NCBI RefSeq assembly: GCF_044704955.1
Contig: NC_091987.1
Coordinates: forward strand, 26,164,001 to 26,228,000
Origin: Pristiophorus japonicus
Lineage: Eukaryota
Length of the DNA stretch: 64,000 nucleotides
Direction of reading: 5' to 3'
The notes beneath the pieces are model-generated. The model made no database searches. It saw nothing but the letters and a program-made list of their open reading frames with translations, and was not told the DNA's origin. Position 1 is the stretch's first letter, and every line of letters starts with the position of its first letter. The translations under genes were made by a program, and so were the position numbers. Of this stretch, positions 59,951-64,000 are shown in pieces.

Positions 59951-60595
59951 TGTATTTCAGCTCGAGTCTTGGTTTGAGTCAATATTTTCCTGAGACGCTT
60001 GATCAACCCATGAAATTGACACTGGACCTGAATTCTAAAGTCAAAATAGTGTTTCACTCAAGCAGAGAATAGCTTTAACAAACAACATAACATTTTTTCC
60101 ACATTTAAATATTTAAGTAACTTTTCCTTCATCTCTGCCTTATTGGCAGCTTCCATTGTTACTGCTGATATTTTTGCACTTAGCATCCCCCTTGAACTAA
60201 AGAATCGGAAAGAGAGTAGGTAATTACTTGGAAAAAGGAAAGGGGTGATCCGAGAGCAGAGTAATCGTTACTGTGTTAGTGAGCACATGAGAGACAGCGG
60301 GAGAGACAGACAACAGGCAGACAGGGAAACGAAGAAAGAGGGAGGGACAAATCAAAATACTGCGGATTCTGGAAGATAAAATAGAAACAGAAAATGCTGC
60401 AAATCTCAGCAGGTCAGGTAGCATCTGTAGAGAGAGAAAGCAGAATTAACGTTTCAGGACGATGACCCTTCTTCATAACTGGAAGAGGCAGATAGATACA
60501 GAGAGACACAGATACAGAGACAGGGAGTGATACAGGGAAAGAGAGAGATAATGAGACACAGACAGAGAGAGAGTGGCAGAGAGAGAGAGAGTGAC

Positions 60596-60630
<35 letters not shown>

Positions 60631-60850
60631 TACAGAGCCAGAGCGAAAGACAGAGACAGAGAGACAGGCAGACAGGGAGACAGATAGCGACAGAGAGAGA
60701 GAGGCAGAGACAGAGAGAGAGCCAAAGCCAAAGACAGACAGACAGGTAGAGACACAGAGAGAGAAACAGACAGAAAGAATCAAAGACAGACACATAGAGT
60801 CAGACAGATAGAGACAGATGGTGAAACATGGTCAGAGAGAGTCAGAGAGA

Positions 60851-61047
60851 NNNNNNNNNNNNNNNNNNNNNNNNNNNNNNNNNNNNNNNNNNNNNNNNNN
60901 NNNNNNNNNNNNNNNNNNNNNNNNNNNNNNNNNNNNNNNNNNNNNNNNNNNNNNNNNNNNNNNNNNNNNNNNNNNNNNNNNNNNNNNNNNNNNNNNNNNN
61001 NNNNNNNNNNNNNNNNNNNNNNNNNNNNNNNNNNNNNNNNNNNNNNN
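60851..61047. other. Assembly gap (197 N)
   Basis: N run. Confidence 1.
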
Positions 61048-64000
61048 TACCAGAATGATTCCATCGATGAGGGGAGTGTCCTGTGAGGAGAGATTGAGTA
61101 GATTCTCTCGAGTTTAGAAGAAGGAGAGGGGAACTCATTGAAACATACACAATTATTAAAGCGCTTGACAGCGTCCATGCAGGGAGGATGTTTCCCTCGG
61201 GCTGGAGAGTCTGGAACCAGGGTCACAGTCTCAGAATAATGGGTCGGCCATTTAGGACTGAGATGAGAAGTTTCATCACTCAGAGGGTGGTGCATCTTTG
61301 GAATTGTCTACCCCAGCGGGCAGTGAATGCTCAGTGATTGAGCACATCCAAGACAGAAATCAATAGATATTTGGGTATTAATGGAATCAAAGGATATTGG
61401 GATAGTGCAGAAAGTGGAGTTGAGGTCGATCATCCATTATTTTTCTGAATGGCGGAGCAGGCTCGAGGGGCAGAACTCCAACTCCTGTTCCAATTTCTCA
61501 TGCTCTTATGTTCTTACTGACTGAGTGAGAAAAGGTGAAACACACAGAGAGGGAGGGGGAGAGAGCGATGCAGATAGACAGAGTGGGATGGAGGGAGAGA
61601 TTGTGAGAGAGAGGGGAGAAACATAGAGAGAGAGAGTCATAGACAGAAGGGACAGGATATGGAGGTTAAAAAAAAAGCGATATATCGAGAAACATAGAGA
61701 GAGTGGGGGATTTAAAGAGTCTGCGGATGGGAAGAGAGAGCAAGGAAATGGATAGGTATATGGAGAGATAGATGGAAAAAGAAAGGAAAATAAAGCAAGA
61801 GAGGCAGAGACAGAGAAATAAGCAGATGGACAGAAAGAGAGAGGGATAGAGGCAGCGATAGAAAGAGAGAGCAAGAAGGACTTCTAAGAACCAAAGAAAC
61901 AGGAGTGACAGAGACGAAAAACGGCGAGCTGGAGTGGCAAGGCGTTAGAAGCGAGAACAAATACATAGGACTACATAGGACACAGGGCACATAAACAGGC
62001 CATTCGGCCCAACAAGTCCATGCCGGCGTTTATGCTCCACTCGAGCCTCCTCCCGTCTTTCCTCATTTACATCTATCAGCATAACCCTCTATTCCCTTCT
62101 CCCTCATATGATTGTCTAGCCGCCCCTTAAATGCATCGATACTATTCGCCTCGACCACTCCCTGCGGTAGCAAGTTCCACATTCTCACCATCCTTTGGGT
62201 AAAAAAAAAATCCTTCTGATTTCCCTATTAATTATTTTGGTGACTATAAAGCCTAGTACAGATCCAAAAAGAGAGGGAAATTGCAATAGAAAGAGAAAAA
62301 GATTGACTATCTCTGATAATATATATTCTGAGTTAACTAAACACGGAGTACATGTAACCTTTTAAAACTGAGATAAAGATTGAATCGGAATATATCTGTG
62401 CATCAATCATTCTGATAATGAACGTCTCACTCTTTGATTATATCCAATGAGAATGCATTCATATTCTGGGGAGCCCAGACTGAACAGGCTGAGTCTCTTG
62501 TCTCTGGAAAAAGAGAGTGACTTGATGAAACTTTTTAAGATTATGAAGCGGGTTTGATAGGGTAGACTTAGAAATTATGTTTGCACGTGCATGCACGAAA
62601 AGAGCAAGGGGCCATATTTATAAGGTATTCACTAATAAGTACAATAGGAAATTCAGGAGAAGCATCTTTACCCAGAGAGTGGTGAGAACGTGGAACTCAT
62701 TACCACGGGCATTAGTTGAGGCAAGAGCATTTTTTAAATATTAACAGGCAAGGCCAGAATTGATTGCCCATCCCTAATTGGCCTTGAAAAGGTGTTGGTG
62801 AACCGCCTTCTTGAATGCAGCTGAGTGTCTTGCTGGCCATCTCAGATGGCACAGTAAAGAGTCAACCACATTGCCGTGGGTCTGGATTCACATACATTCC
62901 AAACCGAGTAGGGACCGCAGATTTTGATCCCTAAAGAACAATTGTGAAGCAGATGGGTTTTTAAGACAATCCGGTAGTTTCATGTTCAACAGAGTGACCT
63001 CGGTGTCCTTGTACATGAATCACTGAATGTTTACATGCAAGTACAGCAAGCAATTAAGAAAGCAAATTGTATGTTGGCCTTTATTACAAGAGGATTTGAG
63101 TAAATACATCTCATTGCAATTACACAGGGCCCTGGTGAGACCGCACCTGAAGTATTCTGTACAGTTTTGTTCTCATTACTTAAGGGCCGATAGACGTGCC
63201 ACAGAGGGAGTGCAATGAAGGTTCACTGGGCTGATTACTGGGAAAGTGGGATTGTCAGAATCAGTTGAATTTATAATGGGGAACAAAGAAATGGCAGACC
63301 AATTGAACAAGTACTTTGGTTCTGTCTTCACGAAGGAAGACACAAATAACCTTCCGGAAATACTAAGGGACCGAGGGTCCAGCGAGAAGGAGGAACTGAA
63401 GGAAATCCTCATTAGTCAGGAAATTGTGTTAGGGAAATTGATGGGATTGAAGGCCGAAAAATCCCTAGGGCCTGATAGTCTGCATCCCAGAGTACTTAAG
63501 GGAAGTGGCCCTAGAAATAGTGATTGCATTGGTGATCATTTTCCAATAGTCTATTGATTCTGGATCAGTTCCGGTGGACTGTAAGGTAGCTAATGTAACA
63601 TAACTTTTTTAAAAAGGAGGGAGGGAGAAATCGGGGAATTATAGATCAGTTAGCCTGACATCAGTAGTGGGGAAAACGTTGATATTAATTGTTAAAAATG
63701 AAATAGCAGCGCATTGGGAAAGCAATGACAGGATCAGTCCAAGTTGGTATGGATTTATGAAAGGGAAATCTTGCTTGACAAATCTTCTGGAATTTTTTGA
63801 TCATGTAGCTAGTAGAGTGGATAAGGGAGAACCAGTGGATGTGGTGTATTTGGACTTTCAGAAGGCTTTTGACAAGTTCCCACACAAGAGATTACTGTGC
63901 AAAATTAAAGCACGGGGTATTAGGGGTGATGTATTGACGTTGATATAGAACTGGTTGGCAGACAGGAAGCTGAGAGTTGGGATAAATGGGTACTTTTCAG
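61048..64000. mobile_element. CR1 and SINE fragments with GA-rich spacers; a plus-strand CR1 from ~63245 runs off the window end
   Basis: NKEMADQLNKYFGSVF, KGKSCLTNLLEFF and YLDFQKAFDK. Confidence 0.85.

Overview
Vertebrate genomic DNA, almost certainly from a cartilaginous fish (shark), judging by the dense CR1/HER1-type LINEs, Deu-domain SINEs and a D core of GGGACAAC. Most of the window is retroelement debris and GA/GAAA low-complexity sequence, which accounts for nearly all listed ORFs. Embedded on the + strand is the 3' end of a T-cell receptor beta-type locus. It has two broken V segments (2-130; 2380-2590 with a damaged 23-RSS) and one D (7039-7052, 12/23 RSS). It has one intact J (7308-7353) and two decayed J segments (13554-13613, 14320-14371). 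It also has an intact four-exon constant gene (26790-27128, 28029-28046, 31132-31241, 39684-39716; 166 aa). Candidate CTCF sites (~5.8 kb and ~58.4-58.6 kb) bracket the D-J-C unit, and two ETS/RUNX/E-box clusters (~51.0 kb, ~59.7 kb) are enhancer candidates. The most notable points are the apparently single usable D and J, a 5' D RSS weaker than the J RSS, and a C region that may be a divergent second TRB isotype. There is one assembly gap (60851-61047). Repeat boundaries are approximate (read by eye).
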